NCBI GenBank assembly: GCA_902608415.1
Contig: CACLNZ010000001.1
Span: forward strand, 17,768-81,767
From: an uncultured PS1 clade bacterium
Lineage (GTDB): Bacteria; Pseudomonadota; Alphaproteobacteria; MED-G09
DNA length: 64,000 nt
Reading direction: 5' to 3'
How positions within the stretch are numbered: the first letter of the stretch is position 1; every line of letters starts with the position of its first letter. A model generated the notes under the pieces. It was given only the letters and a program-made list of their open reading frames with translations, was not told the DNA's origin and did not search any database. The translations under genes and the position numbers were made by a program. Shown one piece after another: positions 32,899 through 43,892 of this stretch.

Positions 32899-33684
32899 TT
32901 AATCTAAAGGTATTTTCATTGGACCAGTACTAATTACTTCATCTCTGGCTTTTGCCGGATCTTCAACAACTAATTTTTCTAAATCCTCAAGATCTTCCGG
33001 TACATACCAGTGAATCTTATCTTCTTCATAAGCCCGATAAACTGTTTTTGCTATTTCCTCAGCTGGAATTAGTCTCCACATTCCATCAGAAGGAAGAGTA
33101 GATCTAATGTCTTGGCTAATTAGGGGCGTATCAATGACGCCAGGCAATATATCAGAGACCTTTACACCAAACCTTTTAAATTCAGCTGAAAGAGACTCTG
33201 TTAATCCCTTTACTGCATGCTTGGATGCTGAGTATACTGAAGTCATTGGCAAACCAATTATTCCGGTTGAAGATGATGTATTTAAACATAATGAATTATC
33301 AGTATTTTTCAAAAGATCTATTGCAGAATATATACCATTTATTACTCCAAAGAGATTAATGTTAACAACTCTTAGGTGGTTTTCATAAGGTTGATCTTCA
33401 AAAAAGCCACCTTCAGCAATTCCAGCGTTATTAAATAAAATATCTAATCTATTATTTGATATATTAGAAAATTCTTTCACTGCTTTTTCAAACATATCTT
33501 TATTTGAAACATCAAGTTCTCTGCAAATTAAATTTTCTGAATTTATTTCTTCTTCTAATGCATTTAGATTGTTTTTGTTGATGTCATAGCAACCAACAAA
33601 CCAACCTTTATCAATAAATAACTGAACAGTAGATTTTCCCATACCACTTGCACCACCAGTTATAAAAATATATTTTTTACTCAT
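32899..33684 (-). CDS. SDR family oxidoreductase
   Basis: ITGGASGMGKST dinucleotide motif and YSASKHAVKG catalytic motif. Confidence 0.8.
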   Translation of the reverse strand: MSKKYIFITGGASGMGKSTVQLFIDKGWFVGCYDINKNNLNALEEEINSENLICRELDVSNKDMFEKAVKEFSNISNNRLDILFNNAGIAEGGFFEDQPYENHLRVVNINLFGVINGIYSAIDLLKNTDNSLCLNTSSSTGIIGLPMTSVYSASKHAVKGLTESLSAEFKRFGVKVSDILPGVIDTPLISQDIRSTLPSDGMWRLIPAEEIAKTVYRAYEEDKIHWYVPEDLEDLEKLVVEDPAKARDEVISTGPMKIPLD

Positions 33685-33694
33685 AAATCCCTCA

Positions 33695-34540
33695 TTACTT
33701 TTTTATTAAATCTAAACCTATATCAAGAGATTTTGAAGAGTGCGTTATCCAACCAGAAGATATAAAATTAACCCCTGTCGCAGCTATTTTTTCTACATTT
33801 GAATGATCTATCTTACCTGAAGCCTCTAATATTACTTTTTTTTGACCTAGTTTAACCGCTTTTTTTAAATCGTTAATTTTGAAGTTATCGAGCATAATAA
33901 CATCTGGATTAAATTTAAAGGCCTCTTTAAATTGCTTTAAATTATCTACTTCAATTTCAATTTTTATCTTATTTTTGAACTTTTTAGCTTTTTTGAGAGC
34001 ATTAGTGATTGATCCAGCTATAGCTATATGATTATCCTTTATTAAAATAGCATCGTATAGTCCTAATCGATGATTAATACCCCCACCAACTTTGACAGCA
34101 TATTTTTCTATATTTCTTAATCCCGGTGTTGTTTTACGAGTACATAATATTTTTGTATCAGTATACGAAATTAATTTAACCATCATTGATGTAGATGTTG
34201 CTATACCTGAAAGATGAGTTAAGAAATTCAATGCAGTTCTTTCTCCCGTTAAAAGACCTATTGCTGGTCCCTCAACTTTAGCTAAAACTTCATTCTTTTT
34301 AATTGAATCACCATCTTTTTTAAATGAAGTAAATTTGATTTCTTCATCAAGCAATTCATAAACAATTTTAGCTATATTAATACCACATAAAATACCTTTT
34401 GCTCGCGAGACAAAATGAAATGTAGCTCTGTCTCGTTTTGTTAAAACAGTATTGCTCGTAATATCGCCTAATCCCCCAAGATCTTCTTTGATAGCTAATC
34501 TAACAATTTTTTTTAATTGAGGATCAGATAACATCTTCAT
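33695..34540 (-). CDS. nadC: nicotinate-nucleotide pyrophosphorylase [carboxylating] (NadC)
   Basis: QPRTase fold blocks, including the TRKT..GLR region and the C-terminal TIM barrel. Overlaps the nadA stop. Confidence 0.9.
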   Translation of the reverse strand: MKMLSDPQLKKIVRLAIKEDLGGLGDITSNTVLTKRDRATFHFVSRAKGILCGINIAKIVYELLDEEIKFTSFKKDGDSIKKNEVLAKVEGPAIGLLTGERTALNFLTHLSGIATSTSMMVKLISYTDTKILCTRKTTPGLRNIEKYAVKVGGGINHRLGLYDAILIKDNHIAIAGSITNALKKAKKFKNKIKIEIEVDNLKQFKEAFKFNPDVIMLDNFKINDLKKAVKLGQKKVILEASGKIDHSNVEKIAATGVNFISSGWITHSSKSLDIGLDLIKK

Positions 34541-35586
34541 AAATTTATCATTCTGTTTACTGAATCAAGTGCTCGCTTAGCAATATCATGATCAATAATA
34601 ACTTCATGTGTTTCATACCAAAGGGAAGAAAGAATCTTTTCTAATGAAATTTCTTTCATATGAGGACAAAGATTACATGGTCGTACAAAATTAACATTTG
34701 GTGTTTCTACAGAAACATTGTCGCTCATGGAGCACTCAGTAACCATAAGAACTTTATATGGTTGATTTGTTTTTACCCAATTAATCATTGCAGAAGTTGA
34801 TCCAGAAAAATCTGCCTCATCAACTACTTCTGGAGCACATTCAGGATGCGCAATAATTTTTACACCAGGCTCATTTTCTCTATATTCTCTAATTTCATCA
34901 ACAGTAAATTCTTCATGAACCTCACATCTTCCTTTCCACATAATGATTTCTTTTTTTGTATCTTTAGCAATATTCATTGCTAAATATTCGTCGGGAATAA
35001 AAATAATTTTGTCAGAATCTAGAGAGTTTACAACTTCTAATGCATTTGAAGATGTACAGCAAATATCAGTTTCGGCTTTAACATCTGCTGACGAATTTAC
35101 ATATGTAACAACAGGAATTCCTGGGTTTTCTCTTTTTAGATCAATTACATCTTGCCCTTTAATGGAAGCAGCTAAAGAACAACCTGCATCTAAACTTGGT
35201 ATAATTATCTTTTTATCCATATTCAGAATTTTTGATGTTTCAGCCATAAAATAAACACCACATTGTATTATTATATCGCTATCAACTTTTGTAGCTTCTT
35301 TTGCTAGCTGCAAAGAGTCACCCCTTACATCACTAACACAATGAAAAATCTCTGGCGTCTGATAATTATGCGCAAGAATTGTGGCATTTTTTTCTTTTTT
35401 TAGAATATTAATTGCTTCTATGTATGGTGCAAAAAATGGCCATTCAATATCTGGTATTACACTTGAAACTTTTTTATATAATGAAGCTGTCTTCTTCTCT
35501 ATATCGTCATTCCAAGATATACCCATTTCATCAAGAATTTTGCTTGGATGTAATTGATTAATTTTATTATCTACTGATTTATCCAT
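34537..35586 (-). CDS. nadA: quinolinate synthase (NadA)
   Basis: Three-repeat NadA architecture with conserved Cys residues. 349 aa. Confidence 0.9.
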   Translation of the reverse strand: MDKSVDNKINQLHPSKILDEMGISWNDDIEKKTASLYKKVSSVIPDIEWPFFAPYIEAINILKKEKNATILAHNYQTPEIFHCVSDVRGDSLQLAKEATKVDSDIIIQCGVYFMAETSKILNMDKKIIIPSLDAGCSLAASIKGQDVIDLKRENPGIPVVTYVNSSADVKAETDICCTSSNALEVVNSLDSDKIIFIPDEYLAMNIAKDTKKEIIMWKGRCEVHEEFTVDEIREYRENEPGVKIIAHPECAPEVVDEADFSGSTSAMINWVKTNQPYKVLMVTECSMSDNVSVETPNVNFVRPCNLCPHMKEISLEKILSSLWYETHEVIIDHDIAKRALDSVNRMINL

Positions 35587-35660
35587 AATAATTGGTCATA
35601 GTTTATATTTTTGATAATAAAAACATTATTCATTAATTAGTCAAAAGAAATTGAGATGAT

Positions 35661-36782
35661 TTAAGTTTTTTTAAGGATAACACTTCCAGCAGAATATCCA
35701 GCGCCAAAAGAACAAAGGACACCAATTTCATCTTTATTCATATCCTCACTATATTGAGAAAACGCGATAATTGAGCCTGCAGATGAAGTATTTGCATAAT
35801 CTTGAAGTATATTTGGTTGTTCATTTTTTTCTGGTGTTCTACCTAAAACTTTTTTTCCTATAAAATCATTCATACTTTTATTTGCTTGATGCAGCCAAAG
35901 CCTTTTTACATCATTAATTCCAACATTCTCATCTAGCAAATGATTAAGTATTAATTGACTTACCATAGGAACAACTTCTTTAAATACCCTCCTTCCTTCC
36001 TGCATAAACAACATATCTCTATCAAGAGTTTTAGATTGTTTGGCATTATTAAGAAAACCAAAATTATTTCTAATATTATTGGAAAATTGAGTAATACACT
36101 TAGTTGATAGAATTTCAAATGAATTTGAAGAGTTTGCAGATGCTTTTTTTTCTAAAATCATGGCTGTGCAAACATCACCAAAGATAAAATGACAATCGCG
36201 ATCTTTAAAATCTAAATGTCCAGAGCAAATCTCGGGATCAACTATTAAAATTGTTTCTGCGCTTCCAGCCTTAATCATATCAGCAGCAGCTTGAATCCCG
36301 AAAGTTGCAGATGAGCAAGCAACATTCATATCAAAAGCAAATCCTTGAATTCCTAAATATTGTTGTACTTCGATTGCTATTGCAGGATAAGCTCTCTCTA
36401 AATTAGAGCATGCTGTAATAACTGCATCTATATCAGAAGGCTTTTTCCCAGATGCTCCTAAAGCTTGTTTAGCTGCCTCTATAGACATTTCTGCTAAAAT
36501 AGATGGTTCGTCATTATTTCTCCTGTCTAAAATAGGGTGCATAATATCAGGGTCTAAAATTCCCTTTTTATCCATTACATACCTATTTTTTATTCCTGAG
36601 GCATTATAAATAAATTCTTCATTAGACAATTCTAAGGCATCTAATTCACCATTATCAATTAGATCCTTATTAAGTGTATTAAATTTCTCTGCATAAGCGT
36701 TATAAGCTTCAACAAGCTCTTTATTTGTTATTGATTCTTTAGGGGTAAATACACCAGTTCCGCTGATTACAATTTCATTCAT
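35661..36782 (-). CDS. beta-ketoacyl-ACP synthase III family protein (FabH-like, N-terminal extension)
   Basis: KAS III catalytic triad context: Cys in MNVACSSATFG, His in LWLHQANKSMND, Asn in YANTSSAGS. 373 aa, longer than canonical FabH. Confidence 0.7.
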   Translation of the reverse strand: MNEIVISGTGVFTPKESITNKELVEAYNAYAEKFNTLNKDLIDNGELDALELSNEEFIYNASGIKNRYVMDKKGILDPDIMHPILDRRNNDEPSILAEMSIEAAKQALGASGKKPSDIDAVITACSNLERAYPAIAIEVQQYLGIQGFAFDMNVACSSATFGIQAAADMIKAGSAETILIVDPEICSGHLDFKDRDCHFIFGDVCTAMILEKKASANSSNSFEILSTKCITQFSNNIRNNFGFLNNAKQSKTLDRDMLFMQEGRRVFKEVVPMVSQLILNHLLDENVGINDVKRLWLHQANKSMNDFIGKKVLGRTPEKNEQPNILQDYANTSSAGSIIAFSQYSEDMNKDEIGVLCSFGAGYSAGSVILKKT

Positions 36783-36815
36783 AACTCAAGAATAATATCA
36801 GAAAAATTAATTATG

Positions 36816-37397
36816 TTAATCTTTTTGACATTTTAAGTAATGAGGGCAACTCACCAAATGATCATTTACTATTCCAGAAGCTTGCATAAATGAGTAGACT
36901 GTTACTGGACCACAAAAGCTAAACCCTAATTCTTTCATTTTTTTTGAAACTTTTTTAGATAATCTAGTATCTTTAGGGATCTCTCTTAAATCTTTTCTAG
37001 AGTTAATAATAGGTTCATGATCAACATATTCCCAAAAAAAATCGGAAAATTTTTTAGAACTCTTGAATTCATTATTATAAATTTTTGCATTATTTATAGT
37101 TGAAAGTATCTTTTTTTTATTTCTTACGATTGATCTATCTTCCATAAGTTCTTTAATTTTTTTATTATTGTATCCTGAGATAATCTTTGGATTAAAATTA
37201 TCAAAAGCTATTTTAAAATTATTTCTCTTTTTTAGGATAATTATCCAGCTAAGACCAGATTGAAAAGTTTCTAAAGTAAGTATTTTAAATAGTTTTCTGC
37301 CATCAAATTCTGGTTTTCCCCATTCATCATCATGATATTTCATGTAAATATCATTTGAGTTAGACCAACTACAAAAACTTTCCCTATCAGATGGCAT
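36816..37397 (-). CDS. tag: DNA-3-methyladenine glycosylase I (Tag)
   Basis: YHDDEWGKP signature and SGLSW, near-collinear with E. coli Tag. C-terminal zinc-snap Cys/His residues are present. Confidence 0.9.
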   Translation of the reverse strand: MPSDRESFCSWSNSNDIYMKYHDDEWGKPEFDGRKLFKILTLETFQSGLSWIIILKKRNNFKIAFDNFNPKIISGYNNKKIKELMEDRSIVRNKKKILSTINNAKIYNNEFKSSKKFSDFFWEYVDHEPIINSRKDLREIPKDTRLSKKVSKKMKELGFSFCGPVTVYSFMQASGIVNDHLVSCPHYLKCQKD

Positions 37398-38205
37398 AAT
37401 CTTTAAGAATATCAGGAATATGAACAGTTATAGTAGCTTCTTCATTATTAATATTAACAGTTGTGTTTTCTTTTTGAATTTTAGGTAATACATCAGTTTT
37501 AAGAATTGCTACGCTTTCATTCTTGTATGATTTAATAATGGTTCCAATTTTTTTATTTTCTAAAAAAATAGCATCATCTTGCTTGTTATTTCTATTGGAT
37601 GTAATTGAAAAAACTCTTTTTTTGGGTTTACCTTTTCTATACATTCTTGAAGTTACTTCTTGTCCGATAAAGCAACCTTTTTTGAATGAAATTGAATTCA
37701 GATAATCAAAATTTAATTCTATTGGAAAAAATTCACCAGATAAAAAATCTTCACCTTCTTCAACTATACCAAGAGAAATTTTCTTCTTTTCATAATTATC
37801 ACTATTAGACCTATCGTTGCTTTTCTTTCTTATTCCTCTCCAGCCTAAATCTTTATTTCTTGGGTCAATAAAGGAGCTCTGAAATTCTTTTTCTAAACAA
37901 ACTACAACTTCTAGATCATTTTTTTCTTCAAAATTTACATCTGAATTTAGTTTATAGATTTGCATCTTTTCCATAAATGATTGAAAAGATTTTTTGTGTA
38001 AATCTAATAGGAAGTGATTCCCTTCTTTTTTTACAAAAAACTGATTTAACAATTTTCCTTGTGGACTTAAAAAACAACTTGATAGCAGTTCTTCACCATT
38101 ACCGCTTAAGTCGATAGTTATTATAGACTGAAGGAAGTCCTCAGAATCTTTTCCTGAAACTGAGACTAAAGATCTATTGGTTAATATTATTAATTCATTA
38201 TTCAT
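37387..38205 (-). CDS. ygfZ: YgfZ-type folate-binding protein (GcvT-like fold, Fe-S cluster repair/tRNA modification)
   Basis: C-terminal YgfZ signature KKGCFIGQE. 272 aa. Confidence 0.7.
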   Translation of the reverse strand: MNNELIILTNRSLVSVSGKDSEDFLQSIITIDLSGNGEELLSSCFLSPQGKLLNQFFVKKEGNHFLLDLHKKSFQSFMEKMQIYKLNSDVNFEEKNDLEVVVCLEKEFQSSFIDPRNKDLGWRGIRKKSNDRSNSDNYEKKKISLGIVEEGEDFLSGEFFPIELNFDYLNSISFKKGCFIGQEVTSRMYRKGKPKKRVFSITSNRNNKQDDAIFLENKKIGTIIKSYKNESVAILKTDVLPKIQKENTTVNINNEEATITVHIPDILKDYAI

Positions 38206-38265
38206 ATATTTTTATTTAATTTTAATATTATTATATTAGTATAATGAAATAGGAATTTCGTTACA

Positions 38266-39576
38266 ATGCCATTTGATATCATCTTTAAAAATGCAAATAT
38301 AACTGATGAAAGTAAAAGCTATATATCTGATATAGGAGTTAAGGATGGAATTATTTCCGAAATCGGAAACCTTAATGATGATGCTGAAACAATTTTAAAT
38401 ATAGAAAATTTAGATTTAATTCCCGGTGTTATAGATACTCAGGTACATTTTCGTGAACCAGGACCAACTCATAAAGAAGATCTAAATACTGGAACAAAAT
38501 CTGCTATTTTAGGTGGAATAACTGGTGTTTTTGAAATGCCAAACACAAACCCTTCAACTACTAATCTTGAAGCACTATTAGATAAATTTGAACGTGCAAA
38601 AAATAGATCCTATTGTGATTATGCTTTTTATGTTGGTGGAACTGAAGATAATAGTAAAGAGCTACCTAAATTAGAGAAAGTTGAAGGCTGCTGCGGTGTA
38701 AAAGTCTTTATGGGATTGAGCATTGGCGGCCTGGTGGTATCAGGAGATGAAGACCTATCTAAAATTATGTCTGAAATTAATTATAGGGCGTCATTTCATT
38801 CTGAAGATCAAAGCTCTCTTGATGCCAGAAAAAAATATCAAGTAACAGGAGATATACATTCTCATGAAGTATGGAGAAATGATGAGCAATGCTTTACTGC
38901 TACCCAAAGAATAATTAAAATTGCAAGAAAATATAATAAAAAAATACATATTCTTCATGTATCAACAGGGCAAGAGGCTGAATTTTTGGCAGATAATAAA
39001 GACATAGCCTCTGTTGAAATAACTCCTCAGCATTTAACTTTAGCAGCTCCTGATTGTTACAATAAGCTTGGAAGTTATGCTCAAATGAATCCGCCGATTA
39101 GAGATATAAATCATCAGACTAAATTATGGACAGCTATAAATAATGGTGTTGCAGATATAATAGGCTCAGATCACGCTCCCCATACTAAAGATGAAAAGGA
39201 TAAAGAATATCCTATTTCTCCATCAGGTATGCCGGGTGTTCAAACTCTTGTTCCTGTCATGTTAAACCATGTAAATAATGAAAAATTATCCTTAAATCGA
39301 TTTGTTCAATTAACTAGTGCAAACCCCGCAAGGTTATTTGGTATTAAAAATAAGGGTTTTATAGAAGTAGGTAATGATGCTGATTTTACTGTAATTGACT
39401 TAAATAAAGAAAGGGTCATTGAGAATAATTGGATAGTAAGTAAGTGCGGTTGGACTCCTTATGATGGAATGAAAATAAAAGGTTGGCCAATTATGACAAT
39501 AATAAGAGGCAATATTGTTATGAGGGAAGACGAACTATCTGAACCAATAGGTAAGCCAATGCAATTTAATAGATAA
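38266..39576 (+). CDS. pyrC: dihydroorotase (cyclic amidohydrolase family)
   Basis: Metal-binding DTQVHFREPG motif and a later HVSTG/DHAPH block. 436 aa, long-type DHOase/allantoinase-like. Confidence 0.75.
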   Translation: MPFDIIFKNANITDESKSYISDIGVKDGIISEIGNLNDDAETILNIENLDLIPGVIDTQVHFREPGPTHKEDLNTGTKSAILGGITGVFEMPNTNPSTTNLEALLDKFERAKNRSYCDYAFYVGGTEDNSKELPKLEKVEGCCGVKVFMGLSIGGLVVSGDEDLSKIMSEINYRASFHSEDQSSLDARKKYQVTGDIHSHEVWRNDEQCFTATQRIIKIARKYNKKIHILHVSTGQEAEFLADNKDIASVEITPQHLTLAAPDCYNKLGSYAQMNPPIRDINHQTKLWTAINNGVADIIGSDHAPHTKDEKDKEYPISPSGMPGVQTLVPVMLNHVNNEKLSLNRFVQLTSANPARLFGIKNKGFIEVGNDADFTVIDLNKERVIENNWIVSKCGWTPYDGMKIKGWPIMTIIRGNIVMREDELSEPIGKPMQFNR

Positions 39577-39589
39577 TTTAGGAGGAAAA

Positions 39590-40576
39590 ATGTCTGAAAA
39601 ATTTAAAGCTCTTATGATTGAGAAAGAGGATGATAACCAAACTGTTAATATGGTTGAGATCGAAGATAATGATCTAATGGAAGGTAATGTCCTAGTAAAA
39701 ATTACTCATTCAACATTAAATTATAAAGATGGTTTAGCTATAACAGGAGCATCACCTGTTGTTCGATCATTTCCAATGATACCTGGAATTGATTTCAGTG
39801 GAATAGTTCTATCATCAGAAGATAAAAATATTTCAGAAGGAGATAGGGTAGTTTTAAATGGTTATGGTTTATCAGAAAGTCATTTTGGCGGGTATTCGGA
39901 AAAAGCGAGAGTTAAATCTGAACATCTATTAAAGCTACCTGAAAATATATCCAATAAACAAGCAATGGCTATTGGAACAGCAGGTTATACTGCAATGTTA
40001 TGTGTTTTGGCAATTGAAGATCATGGTATAAAGCCAGATGATGGAGTAATTTTGGTATCTGGTGCTTCAGGCGGAGTTGGTTCTGTAGCAATTTCTCTTC
40101 TTTCAGATTTAGGTTACAATGTAGAGGCTTCAACAGGGAGATTAGAGGAAACCTCATATCTTAATAAACTTGGTGCAAAAACAGTTATTGATAGATCTGA
40201 ATTGTCTGAGCCATCACGACCTTTAGGAAAAGAAAGATGGTCTGGAGCCATTGACTCAGTGGGTAGCACTACATTAGCAAACATACTTTCTCAGGTATCC
40301 TATGGAGGCGCTGTTTCAGCATGCGGACTTGCGCAAGGAATGGATCTTCCCTCTACAGTTATGCCATTCATATTAAGAGGTGTTTCCTTGCTTGGTGTTG
40401 ACTCAGTAATGGCCCCAATGCAAATAAGAGAGAGGGCTTGGAATCGGTTAGCTAAAGACATTAACTTTGAAAAACTAGAGGAAATGATTATTGAGACTTC
40501 GCTAGATCAAATTGAAAAATTGGCACAAGATATATTAGAAGGGCAAGTCAGAGGAAGAGTTGTAGTAAATATATAA
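39590..40576 (+). CDS. acuI: YhdH/AcuI-family NADPH-dependent acrylyl-CoA reductase (MDR superfamily)
   Basis: Collinear with E. coli YhdH (HSTLNYKDGLAITG, FPMIPGIDFSG, IGTAGYTAMLCV, VSGASGGVGS, CGLAQG...TVMPFILRGVSLLGVDSV). Confidence 0.85.
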   Translation: MSEKFKALMIEKEDDNQTVNMVEIEDNDLMEGNVLVKITHSTLNYKDGLAITGASPVVRSFPMIPGIDFSGIVLSSEDKNISEGDRVVLNGYGLSESHFGGYSEKARVKSEHLLKLPENISNKQAMAIGTAGYTAMLCVLAIEDHGIKPDDGVILVSGASGGVGSVAISLLSDLGYNVEASTGRLEETSYLNKLGAKTVIDRSELSEPSRPLGKERWSGAIDSVGSTTLANILSQVSYGGAVSACGLAQGMDLPSTVMPFILRGVSLLGVDSVMAPMQIRERAWNRLAKDINFEKLEEMIIETSLDQIEKLAQDILEGQVRGRVVVNI

Positions 40577-40581
40577 TAAAT

Positions 40582-41946
40582 TTATGATTTTATTTCCTTG
40601 AGTCTTTCAGAGACTAAGAATGCTAAATCTAATGACTGATTAGCATTCAGTCTTGGGTCACAATGTGTATGATATCTACTAGATAGATCTTCCTCTAATA
40701 CTTCAAATGATCCACCACAACATTCGGTAACATTTTGACCTGTCATTTCAATATGAACACCACCAGCATATGTGCCTTCAGATTCATGAATGTGAATGAA
40801 CTTCTTAACTTCACTTAAAAGGGTATCTAAATATCTTGTTTTATAACCATTTGAAGCTTTAATTGTATTTCCATGTACTGGATCACAACACCAAACAACA
40901 CTTTTTCCTTCGGATTCTATAGCTTTTATAAGAGAAGGTAGGTGTTCTTCTATTTTATCTACTCCAAATCTAGCAATAAGAGTAATTCTACCCTCTTCAT
41001 TTGATGGATTTATTATATCTATCAATTTTATTAATTCATCTGCCTCAATTGACGGTCCACATTTAATTCCAATTGGATTATTAATTCCTCTTACGAATTC
41101 AATATGAGCGCCATCGGGTTGGCGTGTTCTATCGCCAATCCAGAGCATATGGGCGGATGTATCGTACCAATCTCCACTAGTGGAGTCGACCCTTGTTAAT
41201 GCTTCTTCATATCCAAGTAATAATGATTCATGGCTTGTGAAGAACTCAACAGATCTTAATGCTTGTGAAGTATTAGAATTAATTCCAACAGCATCCATAA
41301 AATCTAATGTTTCAGATATCCTACCTGCTAAAGCTTCATACTGCTCACCTTGTTTGCTCTCTTTTACAAAATCCATATTCCATTGATGAACATGATCAAG
41401 ATTAGCATAACCGCCTTGAGCGAAAGCCCTTAAAAGATTTAGTGTTGAAGCTGCCTGTCTATATGCCATAATTTGTCTTTGAGGGTCTGGTTTTCTTAAT
41501 TCAGAATCAAATGAGATATCATTAATTATATCACCTCTATAACTAGGTAATTCAATATCTCCTTGTTTTTCCATAGGAGCTGACCTAGGCTTAGCGAATT
41601 GACCTGCAATTCTACCTACTTTAACTATTGGACAACCAGCGCCAAAAGTTAATACTATGGCCATTTGAAGCATTACTCTAAAAGTATCACGAATATTATC
41701 AGGATGATGTTCTGCAAAACTTTCTGCACAATCTCCACCTTGAAGCAAAAATGCTTCACCTCTAGATACTTTAGCTAGATGTTCTTTTAGTCTCCTAGCT
41801 TCACCTGCAAAAACAAGAGGTGGATAGGAAGATAATCTTTTTTCTACCTTTTCAAGAGCCTTTTGATCATCATACTCAGGTACTTGAATTATAGGTTTAT
41901 TTCTCCAACTATCTTTTGACCAGTTATTAGCCATAATAATCTCCAA
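40582..41946 (-). CDS. 3-deoxy-7-phosphoheptulonate (DAHP) synthase, class II
   Basis: About 450 aa class II (plant-like) DAHP synthase with conserved blocks throughout. The start may be the internal ATG (MANNW). Confidence 0.9.
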   Translation of the reverse strand: MEIIMANNWSKDSWRNKPIIQVPEYDDQKALEKVEKRLSSYPPLVFAGEARRLKEHLAKVSRGEAFLLQGGDCAESFAEHHPDNIRDTFRVMLQMAIVLTFGAGCPIVKVGRIAGQFAKPRSAPMEKQGDIELPSYRGDIINDISFDSELRKPDPQRQIMAYRQAASTLNLLRAFAQGGYANLDHVHQWNMDFVKESKQGEQYEALAGRISETLDFMDAVGINSNTSQALRSVEFFTSHESLLLGYEEALTRVDSTSGDWYDTSAHMLWIGDRTRQPDGAHIEFVRGINNPIGIKCGPSIEADELIKLIDIINPSNEEGRITLIARFGVDKIEEHLPSLIKAIESEGKSVVWCCDPVHGNTIKASNGYKTRYLDTLLSEVKKFIHIHESEGTYAGGVHIEMTGQNVTECCGGSFEVLEEDLSSRYHTHCDPRLNANQSLDLAFLVSERLKEIKS

Positions 41947-42104
41947 ATATAGAAAAACGGTTATAGATGAATAATCAATGTATTAACAGTAATTTATATA
42001 AATATATTTATTAAAATTATTATGTATTTATCAAATTTTAATAAGAATTATAAAAAAATTGTGACTTTAATACAATAGTTTCAAAAAAAAATTGATAAAA
42101 ATTA

Positions 42105-43337
42105 CTATTCAGCTGCTTGTGATAATTCTTCTCTGTATTTTTTGAATTCTAGTCTTGCAACTGCTCTGTTATGAACTTCATCTGGACCATCTACTAATCT
42201 CAATGTCCTCGCACTAGCATAAGCTCTTCCTAAACCAAAATCAGTTGTCACACCACCACCACCATGAGCTTGAATTGCATCATCAATGATATCTAACAAT
42301 GTTCTTGGTGCTTTTACCTTGATCATAGCTATTTCAGCTCTTGCAACTTTATTGCCAACTGTATCCATCATATATGCAGCTTTCATAGTTAAGAGCCTTG
42401 AGCATTCAATTTCTATTCTTGCTTTAGATATTCTCTCTTCCCAAACTGAATGTTCAGCTATAGGTCTCCCAAATGCTTCTCTGCTTAAAAGTCTCTTGGC
42501 CATTTTTTCAAGAGTTCGTTCTGCAACCCCAATAGCTCTCATACAATGATGAATTCTTCCTGGCCCTAATCGACCTTGAGCGATTTCAAAACCTCTACCT
42601 TCCCCTAAAAAAAGATTTTCAGCTGGTACTCTAACATTATCTAATTTGACTTCACTGTGACCATGAGGTGCGTCATCAAAACCAAAAACTGGAAGATGTC
42701 TTACAATTTCTACTCCAGGTGTTTCCATTGGCACTAAAATTTGACTTTGTTGCTGGTGTCTGGATGCATTTGGGTTAGTTTTTCCCATAACGATAGCTAC
42801 CTTACATCTTGGATCCATGACTCCTGATGACCACCACTTTCTTCCATTAATAACATACTCATCACCATCTCTTTCTATTTTTGTTGAAATATTAGTAGCA
42901 TCAGAAGAAGCTACATCAGGTTCTGTCATTAAGTAAGCAGATCTCATTTCACCTTCAAGTAATGGTTGAAGCCATTTTTCTTTATGTTCTTCGGTTCCAT
43001 AACGTTCGATAAGTTCCATATTTCCTGTATCAGGTGCAGAACAGTTAAAGACTTCAGAAGCCCAACCGACTCTTCCCATGATTTCACAAATTGGAGCATA
43101 TTCAACATTTGTTAAACCACCACCTCGTTCTGATTCAGGTAAAAACATATTCCATAGCCCTTCTTCTTTGGCCCTTACTTTTAAATCTTCCAAAATTTGA
43201 GGTATCTGCCAACGGTCTTCACCAAAAGCTATCATCTGCTCATCATAAGTTGTTTCATTAGGGTATACATATTTATCCATAAAAGCTTCAACACGAGCGA
43301 TTAGTTCTTTTGTTTTGTCATTATGTTCAAAAATCAT
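42105..43337 (-). CDS. acyl-CoA dehydrogenase (ACAD10/11-like group)
   Basis: ACAD fold with the N-terminal alpha domain, the middle beta-barrel ([15 protein letters not shown]) and the C-terminal helical domain containing the catalytic Glu region. Confidence 0.85.
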   Translation of the reverse strand: MIFEHNDKTKELIARVEAFMDKYVYPNETTYDEQMIAFGEDRWQIPQILEDLKVRAKEEGLWNMFLPESERGGGLTNVEYAPICEIMGRVGWASEVFNCSAPDTGNMELIERYGTEEHKEKWLQPLLEGEMRSAYLMTEPDVASSDATNISTKIERDGDEYVINGRKWWSSGVMDPRCKVAIVMGKTNPNASRHQQQSQILVPMETPGVEIVRHLPVFGFDDAPHGHSEVKLDNVRVPAENLFLGEGRGFEIAQGRLGPGRIHHCMRAIGVAERTLEKMAKRLLSREAFGRPIAEHSVWEERISKARIEIECSRLLTMKAAYMMDTVGNKVARAEIAMIKVKAPRTLLDIIDDAIQAHGGGGVTTDFGLGRAYASARTLRLVDGPDEVHNRAVARLEFKKYREELSQAAE

Positions 43338-43399
43338 GATTATCTCCTGAATTTTTCTATAAGTTAGTGATTATCTAATAGAAATATCGATTATACAAA

Positions 43400-43864
43400 T
43401 TATCTTCTTTGTGAAAAGAATTTTTTTAAAAGATCTTCTGACTCTCTTTTATAAAATCCATTAAAAACATTAGGCTCATGATGACAAGAATTTGATGAAA
43501 AAATCCTTATACCATTTTCAACACATCCTTTTTTCTTATCCTCAGTAGCAAAGTATAGATTTTTAATTCCAACCAATGAAATTGCCATTGCACACATTGC
43601 ACAAGGCTCTAAAGTTGTAAATAAAGAAAAATCAAATAATTTAGATGTCTTTAATGTTTTGCAGGCATTCCTAATTACTAAAATTTCAGCATGAGCTGTT
43701 GGATCATTGAGTTCTCGCATTCGATTTCCATTTGAAGATATAATTTCATTTTTTTGATTAACGATTATTGCCCCAACAGGCACTTCATCTCTCTCTTTAG
43801 CTTTTTCAGCCTCAGATAAGGCTAATTGCATAAAGTATTTAGTTTTTGTTGTAGTGTTTTCCAA
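43400..43864 (-). CDS. tadA: tRNA-specific adenosine deaminase TadA
   Basis: CDA zinc motifs HAEILVI and PCAMCAMAI. 154 aa. Confidence 0.85.
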   Translation of the reverse strand: MENTTTKTKYFMQLALSEAEKAKERDEVPVGAIIVNQKNEIISSNGNRMRELNDPTAHAEILVIRNACKTLKTSKLFDFSLFTTLEPCAMCAMAISLVGIKNLYFATEDKKKGCVENGIRIFSSNSCHHEPNVFNGFYKRESEDLLKKFFSQRR

Positions 43865-43892
43865 TTTTATTACCTATTTTTATGTATAAGGC

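Noticed and set aside
41947-42104. 158-bp spacer between ACAD and the DAHP synthase gene as a possible sRNA or riboswitch
   Set aside because: It is uniformly AT-rich with no stable stems or conserved-looking structure. It is more likely just the DAHP synthase promoter region.
42105-43337. Possible horizontally acquired acyl-CoA dehydrogenase and DAHP synthase (richer in Ala/Gly/Arg than neighbours)
   Set aside because: The compositional difference is explained by strong conservation of these enzyme cores. Flanking genes are core housekeeping, and there are no mobility signatures.
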